Assembly (NCBI GenBank): GCA_937921485.1
Contig: CAKZSV010000012.1
Location: 75,688-139,687 of the forward strand
Reading direction: 5' to 3'
Source of the DNA: an uncultured bacterium
Lineage (GTDB): Bacteria > Spirochaetota > UBA4802 > JAGODF01
Length of the DNA: 64,000 nt
This document shows, in pieces, positions 18,851-28,497 of the stretch; the first letter of the stretch is position 1, and each line of letters starts with the position of its first letter. The notes below the pieces were generated by a model that worked only from the letters and a program-made list of their open reading frames with translations, did not search any database and was not told where the DNA came from. Position numbers and translations under genes: made by a program.

Positions 18851-19777
18851 TTAGACGTACACCAGTTCGACGGGTATCCCCATTTCAACAATCATGTTTC
18901 CATCGCAGTCGAAGAGTTCGCCGTCCATGGTATATCTGAATGGAGCATCAGCTTCGATTGAAAGCTTCGATATGAGGCCATTGAAATTGTATTGCCCTTT
19001 CATGGGGAGGCCTTTTTTTATTCTGAAAAACTGCTTCACGCCTTCGATGGGTTTTTCGCCGGTGATGATTATGTGGAAGGTGCCTTCCTTTTCATTGGCG
19101 CGCGGAAGAGGGGAAAACCCCATGCCAATGTGCTCGACGGTGCCCGCTAAAATCGCCATAATTTCTCTGAAAGGTAGTTCTTTCCCGTCGGCAACAACGC
19201 GGGCATTCACGCGCTTAAAGAGGGATGAGCCTTTTTTGTCGGTGAGACCTTCGTAAATAGCGCGGGCAATGACTTTGAGGTTTTTTATCGTGCCTTTTTC
19301 GCCTTCATATACCGCGTCTAAAAAATTTGTTGTAAGCCCAAGGCCGAAGAGAAAACAGTAACGATTACCGATTTTCATGGTATCGCGCCGGTGTGTTTCA
19401 AAATCCTTCCCCGATTCGAGCGCAGCGACCATCCTGCGTAGAATATCGGGTCCCTTGCCCTTGAGATTGATGGTGCGGGCGATGTTGTCCATTGTTCCGC
19501 CTTTGAGAATCAAAAGCGGGGGCGGGGCGGAAGGCGCGTACATGTTTATCATGTGAGAGACAATATGATGGATGGTGCCATCGCCTCCGCAGGTGGCAAT
19601 GCACGAGATGCCGTTTTTTTTAAAATCAAGAAGTATCCGGTCGAGCTCATCGAGGGAAGTGCTCAATCGGACATCCACGTATTCCCCGCCGATCTGCCGC
19701 AGGAGGTCGGGAATATCTTTTTTGCTTTTTTTTACGCTGCGCGCATGGGGATTTACAATAATGCCAATTGTGTGCAC
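18851..19777 (-). CDS. Diacylglycerol/lipid kinase family protein (DAGK-cat)
   Basis: 'IIVNP', 'CGGDGTIH', 'GGTMDNIA' and 'MDGEL'. Confidence 0.9.
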   Translation of the reverse strand: MHTIGIIVNPHARSVKKSKKDIPDLLRQIGGEYVDVRLSTSLDELDRILLDFKKNGISCIATCGGDGTIHHIVSHMINMYAPSAPPPLLILKGGTMDNIARTINLKGKGPDILRRMVAALESGKDFETHRRDTMKIGNRYCFLFGLGLTTNFLDAVYEGEKGTIKNLKVIARAIYEGLTDKKGSSLFKRVNARVVADGKELPFREIMAILAGTVEHIGMGFSPLPRANEKEGTFHIIITGEKPIEGVKQFFRIKKGLPMKGQYNFNGLISKLSIEADAPFRYTMDGELFDCDGNMIVEMGIPVELVYV

Positions 19778-19931
19778 GGTAACCTCATTGTTATTAAATA
19801 TGTATTGTGAGATAATGTGAGAGTTTTCACATTCGTTGCGCTGTCAATTATAATTTACAAAACATGTGCTTGACGGGCATAAAGGAATTGTGAAAATGTG
19901 AATAATGATGATATGATTTTGGAATAAAACG

Positions 19932-20369
19932 ATGAAAAAAATATGGAACACGGCAAAGATATGTCTGCTTATTCTTATTACAGTGGCACCCGTATTCGGA
20001 ATTAATTTCAACGAAGTAATCGGCACATGGCGGCTTTATTATAGAGGCAATTTCGGCTATGAGTTTTCTTTCAATAAAAGCTATCGCGCAGTCTGCGTGG
20101 TGCGATTTAAGGAAACGAGCATTTATTTCCGCGGCGTGTATACGATTGATGAGCGCAAGAACCTGCGCATAAATATCAGCGAAATTAAGAATGAGGAGCC
20201 GGGATCATCGGGCAAATACAACCCTGTGTCTTCATCATACTTCATTTTCGACGCGAAGCGATACCAGCAATCCGGAAAGGACTGCCTGGAGCTTCGGCCA
20301 ATCGATATCGTTATAAACGGGAACACTTCAGAGGGTTATTTTGAGCCTATTATGAAGCTGGTAAAATAA
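19932..20369 (+). CDS. Hypothetical exported protein
   Basis: Signal peptide and beta-rich composition. Confidence 0.6.
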   Translation: MKKIWNTAKICLLILITVAPVFGINFNEVIGTWRLYYRGNFGYEFSFNKSYRAVCVVRFKETSIYFRGVYTIDERKNLRINISEIKNEEPGSSGKYNPVSSSYFIFDAKRYQQSGKDCLELRPIDIVINGNTSEGYFEPIMKLVK

Positions 20370-20383
20370 CAACCTGCGGCGAT

Positions 20384-21145
20384 ATGAAAACCGAATCATT
20401 TTTTTTCATAAACGAAAGCGGGTTTCGATTGGCGGGGAGACTGTTTGTGCCCGACAGCCCAAATGAAAGTTGCGTGATTTTTTGCCACGGCCTTTTTTCC
20501 ACGAAGGACGGCTATAAAATTACCAGGCTTACCGAAGGGATTGTCCGTGCAGGGTTTGCGCTGTTCACTTTTGATTTTTCATGCGCGGGCGATTCCGACG
20601 GCAACATCGAAGATCTTTCAATTTTTCAGGAAATACGCGATCTTGAAAGCGCTGTTTCGTTTTGCAGAAACAGGGGGTTTGAAGAGATTCATCTTTTCGG
20701 TTCGAGCATGGGAGCCCTTGTCTGCCTTTTGTATGCGCAACACCATGCTGACGGCATCGCATCAATTTCGCTAATCGCGCCGCCGTTGGATTTGCGCGGC
20801 CTGTACAAAAAGGCGGCAGGCATCAGCAATCTTGCAACATTACCGGATGATGGAAAAACGCAACTTGACGGGGTAGTGCTGAGAAATTCTTTTTTTAAGG
20901 AGGCGCTTGCGATTTTCCCTGAGGAAGCGGCGCGATCAATCACCATGCCGGTCCTCATCATCCATGGAGAGAAGGATGAAGTAGTTGACGTAGAAAATGC
21001 GTTTCGGCTCATGAGGTTGCTTGCAGTAAACCGGAAACTTGTGGTAATTGGCGATGGCGATCACAATCTCACCCGGCCGAAAGATATTGAAATAATTGCC
21101 TGCGAAATAGTGCACAACTTTCATACAACCAGCAGGAGGACATAA
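20384..21145 (+). CDS. Alpha/beta-hydrolase
   Basis: 'CHGLF', nucleophile 'GSSMG', 'IHGEKD' and 'GDH'. Confidence 0.9.
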   Translation: MKTESFFFINESGFRLAGRLFVPDSPNESCVIFCHGLFSTKDGYKITRLTEGIVRAGFALFTFDFSCAGDSDGNIEDLSIFQEIRDLESAVSFCRNRGFEEIHLFGSSMGALVCLLYAQHHADGIASISLIAPPLDLRGLYKKAAGISNLATLPDDGKTQLDGVVLRNSFFKEALAIFPEEAARSITMPVLIIHGEKDEVVDVENAFRLMRLLAVNRKLVVIGDGDHNLTRPKDIEIIACEIVHNFHTTSRRT

Positions 21146-21310
21146 GGCATTTTTCAGATTAATATTTTTCTTTATTTTATTAATTGTACTCTGTTTTTAT
21201 AATAATGAAATTGTGGAAATAATAAAAATGTGATATATTAATGTCGCCTCGCTCACTGCAATGAAAATATAATGCAAAAAGCGTTGCAGAAATCGAAGAA
21301 GGAGGTTTTT

Positions 21311-22156
21311 ATGTGGGACTATACCGATAAAGTGAAAATATTATACACCAAACCGAAAAACGTCGGTGTCATTGAAGACGCGAATGCGGTAGGAGAGGTT
21401 GGAAGCATCGTATGCGGCGACGCGCTCACGCTGTATCTGAAAATCGAAGATGGCATCATCAAGGACGCGAAGTTCCAGACGTTCGGCTGCGGAAGCGCCA
21501 TCGCATCATCTTCCGCGCTCACTGAAATGATCATCGGAAAAACAGTGGAGGAAGCGGAGAAGATAACCAACCGCGATATCGTTGAATACCTTGGTGGTCT
21601 TCCCGAACAGAAGATGCACTGCTCGGTAATGGGACGGGAAGCGCTCGATAAGGCGCTGGCAAACTGGCGCGGAGAGGAGATTGAGGAAGAAGCCCATGAA
21701 GGAGAAATCGTATGCCAGTGCTTCGGTGTGACCGACGCGCTTATTCGGAAAGTGATTCGAGAAAACAACCTGAAATCAGTTGAGGATATTACCAATTATA
21801 CGAAAGCGGGCGGGGCGTGTGGTTCCTGCATCCACAAGCTCGAAGACATTCTTCAGGAAGAACTGAAACTCCAGCAGAGCTGTGCGGACAACCCCGAGAC
21901 CGGAGAAAAGAAAAAGCCATTGACCAATATACGCAGGATGCAATTGGTGAACGAGACTATCGTGGATGTAATTCGCCCGATCTTGCAGAAGGATGGGGGC
22001 GATATTGAGCTTTTAGATGTTGACGGAAAAAAAGTGTATGTGGCGCTTCGTGGAACCTGTTCTCAATGTGTGGCGTCTATGGTGACATTGAAAAATCTGG
22101 TTGAAGCCAAGCTGAGGGAATTTGTGGAAGATGATATTGAAGTAATAGAAAAATGA
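21311..22156 (+). CDS. nifU: Fe-S cluster assembly scaffold NifU (three-domain)
   Basis: 'CGDAL', 'FGCGSAIASSS', 'KMHCS', a central BFD-like 'CQCF...GGACGSC' and a C-terminal 'DGGD...GTCSQC'; start at MWDY. Confidence 0.95.
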   Translation: MWDYTDKVKILYTKPKNVGVIEDANAVGEVGSIVCGDALTLYLKIEDGIIKDAKFQTFGCGSAIASSSALTEMIIGKTVEEAEKITNRDIVEYLGGLPEQKMHCSVMGREALDKALANWRGEEIEEEAHEGEIVCQCFGVTDALIRKVIRENNLKSVEDITNYTKAGGACGSCIHKLEDILQEELKLQQSCADNPETGEKKKPLTNIRRMQLVNETIVDVIRPILQKDGGDIELLDVDGKKVYVALRGTCSQCVASMVTLKNLVEAKLREFVEDDIEVIEK

Positions 22157-22164
22157 GGAATGCA

Positions 22165-23358
22165 ATGAATAAGAAAACAGTGTATCTTGATAATAATGCG
22201 ACGACGATGGTTGCGCCTGAAGTGGTTGAAGCGATGCTTCCTTTCTATACGGAGCGCTACGGCAATCCATCGAGCATGCACGATTTCGGCGGAAGGGTTG
22301 AAAAAGATATTGAATGGGCTCGACACGAGGTGGCACAGCTTCTGGGAGCCGAACACGATTATGAAATTGTGTTTACTTCATGCGGCACCGAGGGCGATAA
22401 CTTTGCGATTTCGGGCGTGCTTTCATATTTTCCCAATAAGCGTCATATCATCACGACACGCGTTGAGCATCCGGCCGTGCTCAATCTCTGTAAACAGTAT
22501 GAGCGGGAGGGATATCGGGTTACCTACATACCTGTTGATAGGCAGGGAAATCTCGATCTGGATATGCTGTTTGATTCGGTTTCAGAGGATACGGCAATCG
22601 TGTCCGTGATGCATGCCAATAACGAAACCGGGGTGATTCATCCTGTGGAAAAAATCGGCGCGTTTTTGCGCGAGCGCGGCGTTCTGTTTCATATAGACGG
22701 TGTGCAGGCAGCGGGGAAAATACCCATCAACGTGGCAAATATTCCGTGTGATCTCTATACCATTTCCGGGCATAAATTTCACGCTCCGAAAGGAGTCGGC
22801 GCGCTGTACATCCGCAGGGGAACACGGATACGGCCGATTTTATACGGAGGTCATCAGGAACGCGGAAGGCGGCCGGGAACCGAAAATGTCGCAGGAATTG
22901 TCGGTATGGGGAAGGCCGCAGAGCTTGCGCGAAAATTTCTCCCGGAAGAAGAGCGAGTGAAAAAATTGCGTGACAAACTTGAGAATGAAATTTTAGCGCG
23001 TTTTCCAAATGTGTCCCTCAACGGCGCGAAAGAACAGAGGGTTCCGAATACCACAAATGTCGGATTCGAATACATTGAAGGTGAGGCGATTTTGCTCTAT
23101 CTCAACGAAATGGGGATTGCCGCTTCATCGGGATCGGCATGTTCATCCGGCTCGCTTGAGCCATCGCACGTGCTGCGCGCAATGGGGGTACCGTTTACCA
23201 GCGCGCATGGTTCCATCCGCTTCAGCCTTTCGAGATATAACACCGAAGAAGAGATCGATTACACATTGAAAGTCCTTCCGGAAGTGGTGGACAGGCTTCT
23301 GGAGATATCGCCCTACTGGGATAACGAACGCAAATGCGGCAGAGAGATAAAGGTGTGA
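22165..23358 (+). CDS. nifS: Cysteine desulfurase NifS
   Basis: 'YLDNNATT', 'YGNPSS', 'SGHKFHAPKG' and 'SSGSACSSGSLEPSHVL'. Confidence 0.95.
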   Translation: MNKKTVYLDNNATTMVAPEVVEAMLPFYTERYGNPSSMHDFGGRVEKDIEWARHEVAQLLGAEHDYEIVFTSCGTEGDNFAISGVLSYFPNKRHIITTRVEHPAVLNLCKQYEREGYRVTYIPVDRQGNLDLDMLFDSVSEDTAIVSVMHANNETGVIHPVEKIGAFLRERGVLFHIDGVQAAGKIPINVANIPCDLYTISGHKFHAPKGVGALYIRRGTRIRPILYGGHQERGRRPGTENVAGIVGMGKAAELARKFLPEEERVKKLRDKLENEILARFPNVSLNGAKEQRVPNTTNVGFEYIEGEAILLYLNEMGIAASSGSACSSGSLEPSHVLRAMGVPFTSAHGSIRFSLSRYNTEEEIDYTLKVLPEVVDRLLEISPYWDNERKCGREIKV

Positions 23359-23361
23359 TGT

Positions 23362-23733
23362 TCAATCCACCAGCGGACGCGTGCGTATAATTTTAAAATA
23401 CACCAGAAACAATTTCTTACCGGGTGCATCGTTGTCTGATGCTCCATGCCTTCTCAGTTTTGCAATCAGCTCCAAATTTTCCTCTTCCCGGATTTTTTCA
23501 AGATACAGACGAATGCCGTCCCGTTTCGAGCCGCTTTCGATGAACAGGTATGCGGCTTTCGGATTTTCCTGGAGATTTTTATGGCTGAGTTTGTCGTTCA
23601 TGATGAACGCGATGCTGCCGTCTTCGAAGAAGTGCGGCCGGGAATACATTGCCGCATTGACATTGCCTGCCGCATCCGAAGTTGAAAGGATTCCTGTGCC
23701 TGTTGTGGTGGTGAAGTAGTCTTTCAGGTTCAT
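23362..23733 (-). CDS. Pyridoxamine 5'-phosphate oxidase-like FMN-binding protein
   Basis: 'GILST...GNVN', 'SHKNLQENPKAAYLF' and 'GIRLYL'; start moved to the ATG at 23733. Confidence 0.85.
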   Translation of the reverse strand: MNLKDYFTTTTGTGILSTSDAAGNVNAAMYSRPHFFEDGSIAFIMNDKLSHKNLQENPKAAYLFIESGSKRDGIRLYLEKIREEENLELIAKLRRHGASDNDAPGKKLFLVYFKIIRTRPLVD

Positions 23734-23854
23734 TGCATATTCCTTTGGTTTTATTTTCTTGGATAAATATAGCACATGCGGTGGGTATGAAAATTTTTTC
23801 TTGATATATAATGCTAATAGTTTTATTTTCATGATAGTATTTCCATGAGGGGGG

Positions 23855-24475
23855 ATGATGACATCTGATCGATTGCATACAATAATGAATGGCATTGCAG
23901 CACTTCTAAATGGCGGCATCTCAGTATATTTTATTTATAAAATCGCACGCCATATGATGAAGCCGGCAGAAGCATACGAGTACACTAAAATGCTGTTGTT
24001 TGCAGGACTCGGTACAATTCCGATTGTTTTTTTCACGATGATGTTTGCCGGAAAAAATGAATTCTTCAATGCGTTTGGTCTTCCATCCGATATGTCTGCG
24101 CGTCAATTAAAGTATGATGAAACAATTCATCCGCGTGACGCTTTAAGAAAGATTATTGAAAACCATGTACGGCTGACGCTGGGTGAAAGGCAAGGTTCCA
24201 TGCTGCTGTTTGATGTTGGTCTGGGAAATCTTTCGAAAAATAATAAAAGGAAGATCATAAACCTCAGGGATGAATACGATGAGATATGTCGTGTGGTTCT
24301 TAAAAGAGGAATATAAAAAGGTGTTTTTAGAAAAATTGATGTGAAACTTGTTGTTTTCAGCATTGCTTCGATAATCGCCCGTTCCCGCATTTGGTTTTCT
24401 CCGAGGGGCAAATATTCGGTGAATGAATATATACAATTTATATATGATTTAATCATTAAAGGTATTAATAAATAA
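23855..24475 (+). pseudogene. Chimeric pseudogene: membrane-protein N-terminus fused to a TetR (KstR2-like) C-terminal domain with an internal TAA
   Basis: Reading through the TAA at 24314-24316 gives 'RGI*KGVFRKIDVKLVVFSIASIIARSRIWFSPRGKYSVNEYIQFIYDLIIKGINK*', a TetR C-terminal pattern. No HTH is present. Confidence 0.65.
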
Positions 24476-24545
24476 TAAAACGAGGCGCGCCATGAAAACA
24501 CCGCAGGCGCAGCGAATCATGATTTCCAGGCTTGTGGAGATGATA

Positions 24546-24914
24546 TTATTTCCTTTTGCGAAGATATTCAGCTAAGACATTATGGAAGAATTTTTTGTTT
24601 TTAATCCTGTAAATATAATAATCAGAATCTATGGCTAAAATATCCGTTATGCCGGTTATTTCTGCAATAACGATCAGTGAGCAATCTGCCAGATCTATGG
24701 GAATATCGGAATATTTTTTTGAGAGATTGCCATTGGAACTTCCATATCTGCCGAATAAATCAGCGCCAATGCTGTATGGTTTGCTTTTCGATTGATATTC
24801 CTCAAAATATAATAAAAGTGCCCGCTTAACTATTTCAGATTTTGATAGCTTTTCGGATTTCGCTATTGATTCGAGTTTTTCTTCGAATTCTCGATTGAGA
24901 CGGAATGATAACTT
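24546..24914 (-). pseudogene. Relic VapBC module: RHH antitoxin fused in frame to the C-terminal part of a PIN toxin; start codon appears as AAG
   Basis: AGGGGG-N5-AAG, then LSFRLNREFEEKLESIAKSEKLSKSEIVKRAL...GNLSKKY|SDIPIDLADCSLIVIAEITGITDILAIDSDYYIYRIKNKK...*. Not in the ORF track. Confidence 0.75.
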
Positions 24915-25049
24915 AAATTCCCCCTATATGCAATACCAATTGTAATACATAAAGATAAATTAGTCAACATTTTTGTTGGTATAAAAAATGCCTAATAATA
25001 CAATTAGGAATTTGCAGGGTAATGCTACAATGAAAAAATCTTTAAATGG

Positions 25050-25886
25050 TTATCGTATCACTTCGTTGATAAGTTTGCCGAGCGTCTGATCGTGCGCATG
25101 TACCGTTTTCTGGTTCGCTTCGTAACTGCGCTGAACTTCAATCATATCGACCATTTCGCGCACCACATTGACATTGGATTTTTCAAGAAAACCCTGGCGT
25201 ACGGAAAACTGCGTCGCGGGCATCGCAGGACCTGATTCCGGGGTTTCGCGGTACATCGAATCGCCTTCTTTTTTAATCTCACGGATGTTTTCGAAATCGA
25301 CAATGCGAAGCCGGTCAACCACCACGGGATTTTCCCACGCGTTTCCGGTCATGCTCACCACATCGCGAGGCTCGAGAGAGATAGCGTTGTTTACCAGAAT
25401 CTCGCCGCGCTCGTTGATCATAAAATTGTTGTGCTGAAGACGGATGATGCCGTTTTCTCCGAGCACGGGATTGCCATTGTGCGTCACAAGTATGCCGTCC
25501 TGATTGACGGTAAACGCGCCGTTGCGGGTATATCGTTCGCCGCGCTCGGTGAGTACCACGAAAAATCCGCGGCCTTCAAGCGCCAGATCAAGTGGATTTT
25601 CCGTTCTTTGCATTGCGCCCTGATCGAAAAGCGTATAGACTTCATTGACTTCCACGCCGGTGCCGATTTTACCCACGATGGGCATGGTATCGTATGATCC
25701 TGCGGGAGTGATTCCCAGCCCGTCGTCGCTGATACGGCGAATAAGCATATCGGGAAAAGCTTTGAAAATCGCAATATCGCGCTTGTAGCCGGTCTGATCG
25801 GCATTGGCAAGATTGTTGGCAATGGCATCCAGCCGTGCTTCCTGTGCGATCATGCCGTTGGCGCCGGTGTATATTCCTCTAAGCAT
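25050..25886 (-). CDS. flgF: Flagellar basal-body rod protein (FlgF/FlgG family)
   Basis: '[13 protein letters not shown]', '[10 protein letters not shown]', 'YTRNGAF' and '[21 protein letters not shown]'. Confidence 0.85.
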   Translation of the reverse strand: MLRGIYTGANGMIAQEARLDAIANNLANADQTGYKRDIAIFKAFPDMLIRRISDDGLGITPAGSYDTMPIVGKIGTGVEVNEVYTLFDQGAMQRTENPLDLALEGRGFFVVLTERGERYTRNGAFTVNQDGILVTHNGNPVLGENGIIRLQHNNFMINERGEILVNNAISLEPRDVVSMTGNAWENPVVVDRLRIVDFENIREIKKEGDSMYRETPESGPAMPATQFSVRQGFLEKSNVNVVREMVDMIEVQRSYEANQKTVHAHDQTLGKLINEVIR

Positions 25887-27154
25887 CAGTATCCTCCACC
25901 TTTCTCCCTTTTAATATCGGCACCAAGCATCGATAACTTTTCCGATAATTTTTCATATCCTCGGTCAGAGTGATAAATTCTCCGGATTTCGCTGATACCC
26001 TTCGCGGCAAGCGCGGCAAGCACCAGCGACGCACCGGCTCGAAGATCAGACATCATGACGGGAGCGGCGGAAAGCTTCTTGCCGCCGTGCACGATTGCCA
26101 TATTGCCCTCGGTTTCGATGTGTGCGCCCATGCGCCGGAGCTCGCCCACATGCGTGAAACGGTTTTCAAAAATTGTTTCATTGACCACGCTGATTCCCGG
26201 CAAAGTGGTCATCAGCGCCATCATCGGCGCCTGTAAGTCGGTGGGGAATCCGGGATAGGGAAGCGTTTTTACATATACTCCCCGAAGCTTTTTTCCAGCC
26301 GAAACGCGAACCCAGTCATTTCCCTGTTTTATAATAAATCCAATTTCGGAAAGTGCGTTGCATAAAGCCGAGACATGTTCTGGAACAGCATGGGTAATGG
26401 TGACCTCTCCACGTGTAATGGCGCCTGCAAGAAGATACGTGCCAGCTTCGATGCGGTCGGGCATGATGGTATGGGTAACTGGTTTAAGTTTTTTGACACC
26501 ATGAATAACAATACGCTCGCTTCCCGCTCCTTCAATCTGTGCACCCATTTTAATGAGGAAATTGGCAAGATCGACCACATCGGGTTCCATGGCGCAATTT
26601 TCAAGAATGGTTTCTCCTTCAGCCATCACGGCGGCCATCATGATGTTGATGGTGGCACCAACGGAAACTTTTCGCATGATGAAGCGCGTACCTTTCAGTT
26701 TTTTCGCCTTTGCGATAACGTATCCCCGCTCAACGCCGATTTCCGCGCCGAGCGATTCGAATCCTGAAAGATGAATATCGATGGGGCGTTCTCCGATAGC
26801 GCACCCGCCGGGAAGCGATACATCCGCAAAACCAAGCCGCGCGAGCATGGGCCCCATTACATACACGGACGCGCGCATGGTTTTTACCAGATCGTAGGGG
26901 ATCTCTGCCTTTTTGATTTTATTAATTTTTATTTTTAAAATATTTTTTTCAGTGTTGAATTCCGTTTCCGCTCCCAGGCATTCTATAACTTTTATGATTG
27001 TCAATATGTCCTTTAAATTCGGCACATTGTGCAGCTCTGTTTCCCCATCGGCAAGGAGGCTTGCCACAATGATGGGTAGAGCGGCGTTTTTCGCGCCGGA
27101 AATTTCCACTTCGCCTTTGAGCTTTTTCCCGCCAATGATTTTGTAGTAATCCAT
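25886..27154 (-). CDS. murA: UDP-N-acetylglucosamine 1-carboxyvinyltransferase
   Basis: 'SGAKNAALP', 'MRAS', '[11 protein letters not shown]', 'PDRIEAGTY', 'PGFPTDLQA' and 'DLRAGA'; start at MDYY (27154). Confidence 0.97.
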   Translation of the reverse strand: MDYYKIIGGKKLKGEVEISGAKNAALPIIVASLLADGETELHNVPNLKDILTIIKVIECLGAETEFNTEKNILKIKINKIKKAEIPYDLVKTMRASVYVMGPMLARLGFADVSLPGGCAIGERPIDIHLSGFESLGAEIGVERGYVIAKAKKLKGTRFIMRKVSVGATINIMMAAVMAEGETILENCAMEPDVVDLANFLIKMGAQIEGAGSERIVIHGVKKLKPVTHTIMPDRIEAGTYLLAGAITRGEVTITHAVPEHVSALCNALSEIGFIIKQGNDWVRVSAGKKLRGVYVKTLPYPGFPTDLQAPMMALMTTLPGISVVNETIFENRFTHVGELRRMGAHIETEGNMAIVHGGKKLSAAPVMMSDLRAGASLVLAALAAKGISEIRRIYHSDRGYEKLSEKLSMLGADIKREKGGGY

Positions 27155-27264
27155 TGATAATATCCTGTAATAAGAGTGATGATGGCACACCATGTGCGCT
27201 CGTATTCCGGGAAATAACATTCCCCGGAAATGTCAATGTAAAAAGAATATAAGCTGGGAATTGT

Positions 27265-27311
27265 GAAAGGGCTCTGACCCTACTGAAGAAAAGGTGCAAT
27301 GGCTCTGACCC
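27265..27311 (+). repeat. Two REP-like motifs GG(G)CTCTGACCC downstream of the RAYT gene
   Basis: GAAAGGGCTCTGACCC at 27265-27280 and GGCTCTGACCC at 27301-27311. Confidence 0.8.
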
Positions 27312-27569
27312 TTCTTTCTGACCAATGAGGGAAACTCAATACACCTGGTATCACTATTGGAAAAATTGAAAAAGATGGTTGAACTAAATTTCTTAGAAAG
27401 AATTCGATTTGAGGATAAAATGGCTAACAGGTGAAGGCAATTTTTAAGGCGTATTCGGATCTGTACGCTTTTGGAATGAATTGATAATTACGAGGAATTG
27501 TAGTGAAAACCTCGTACAATTGATAAATAGCAGGTATAACGATATGAATTAGGAATGAATTTTTTAATG

Positions 27570-28166
27570 TTATATCCAATCGATAATGGAATATCGTTTT
27601 CGATATAGTTCCTCGTAATGAAGAAATCGTTTCAATCGCTCCTTAAAAGTTTCACCTAAGTTTAAGAAAAAATCGTGATAATCTATTGGCACTTCTATAT
27701 TCGGATTTCCCTCGACATAGGCTCTGATACTGCTATATGAATAGTTTAAAGGATTTGAGCATAATCTTTTTCGAACTGGATTAAACGCAAGATACCACAA
27801 AAGCCAAAGTAAATAATGACACGCATCTTTCGCAAATTGAACAATGCTGTCTTTGTACCTCCCGTTCCAGAATGGCCCCGTTCGTTTCACAATTTTGTTA
27901 TAAAGCTCCGCGAATCGAGATTTGATATACTGCACAATTCTTGAGATGGATGTTCCACCTGGCAGAGTGTGAATAATAAGGTGAATGTGGTTGGGCATGA
28001 TGCAGTACGCAATAAGCTTAAAGTGATATTTTTGTTTGCTTCTGCGCAAAATTTCAAGAAAACACTCTTTGAAATAATCTTCTCCAATCATGTCGCGCCA
28101 TTCGATGCATTGAGAAACGATATGATAAGTTAGGTCGGGTTGTTGAATTCGATTTGGGCGTGGCAT
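27570..28166 (-). mobile_element. HUH/Y1 transposase-like protein, REP-associated tyrosine transposase (RAYT/TnpA-REP) type
   Basis: 'MPRPNR', 'YHIV', 'AYCIMPNHIHL' (HUH), 'TGPFWNGRY', 'NPVR' and 'YSSIRAY'; AT-rich and flanked by short repeats. Confidence 0.88.
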
Positions 28167-28241
28167 GTTATTCCTCCAAATAAGATTTCTTTTCCCTCAC
28201 CTATTAATACGCAAAATTTCGTAAAAAAATAAATTTTTTTT

Positions 28242-28351
28242 GGGGGTCAGAGCTTTTTTTGTAGTTTTTTTCTATGTCGAGTATGTGGGGTCAAAGCCAT
28301 AGCTTATAAAATACTGTTAGTCGAAAGGGCGAAAGGGCTTTGACCCCACAT
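28242..28351. repeat. Three REP-like motifs upstream of the RAYT gene, including a 16-bp inverted pair
   Basis: GGGGGTCAGAGC at 28242-28253. ATGTGGGGTCAAAGCC (28283-28298) pairs perfectly with GGCTTTGACCCCACAT (28336-28351), with a 37-nt loop. Confidence 0.85.
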
Positions 28352-28497
28352 TGCTTGAAAATCCTCCTGTTTAGCTATATATTCTTTTTATGATGGAAAT
28401 TAATCCCGATGAAGATACGATAAACACTGAGAAAACTCAATGAACAGGAGAATTAAATAGAATTTGACGATGTGGTGAATCCAGGTGTATTGGAGGC

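Noticed and set aside
21311-23358. Nitrogen fixation cluster
   Set aside because: There are no nifH/D/K/E/N/B genes in the window. NifSU alone indicates Fe-S assembly.
24314-24316. Programmed read-through (Sec/Pyl) in the TetR chimera
   Set aside because: The stop is TAA, which is not recoded to Sec (TGA) or Pyl (TAG). A nonsense mutation or sequencing error is simpler.
27320-27435. 35-codon open stretch (GKLNTPG...MANR*) beside the RAYT repeats as a gene
   Set aside because: It has no convincing start or RBS and no recognisable motif. It may be a relic but cannot be supported.
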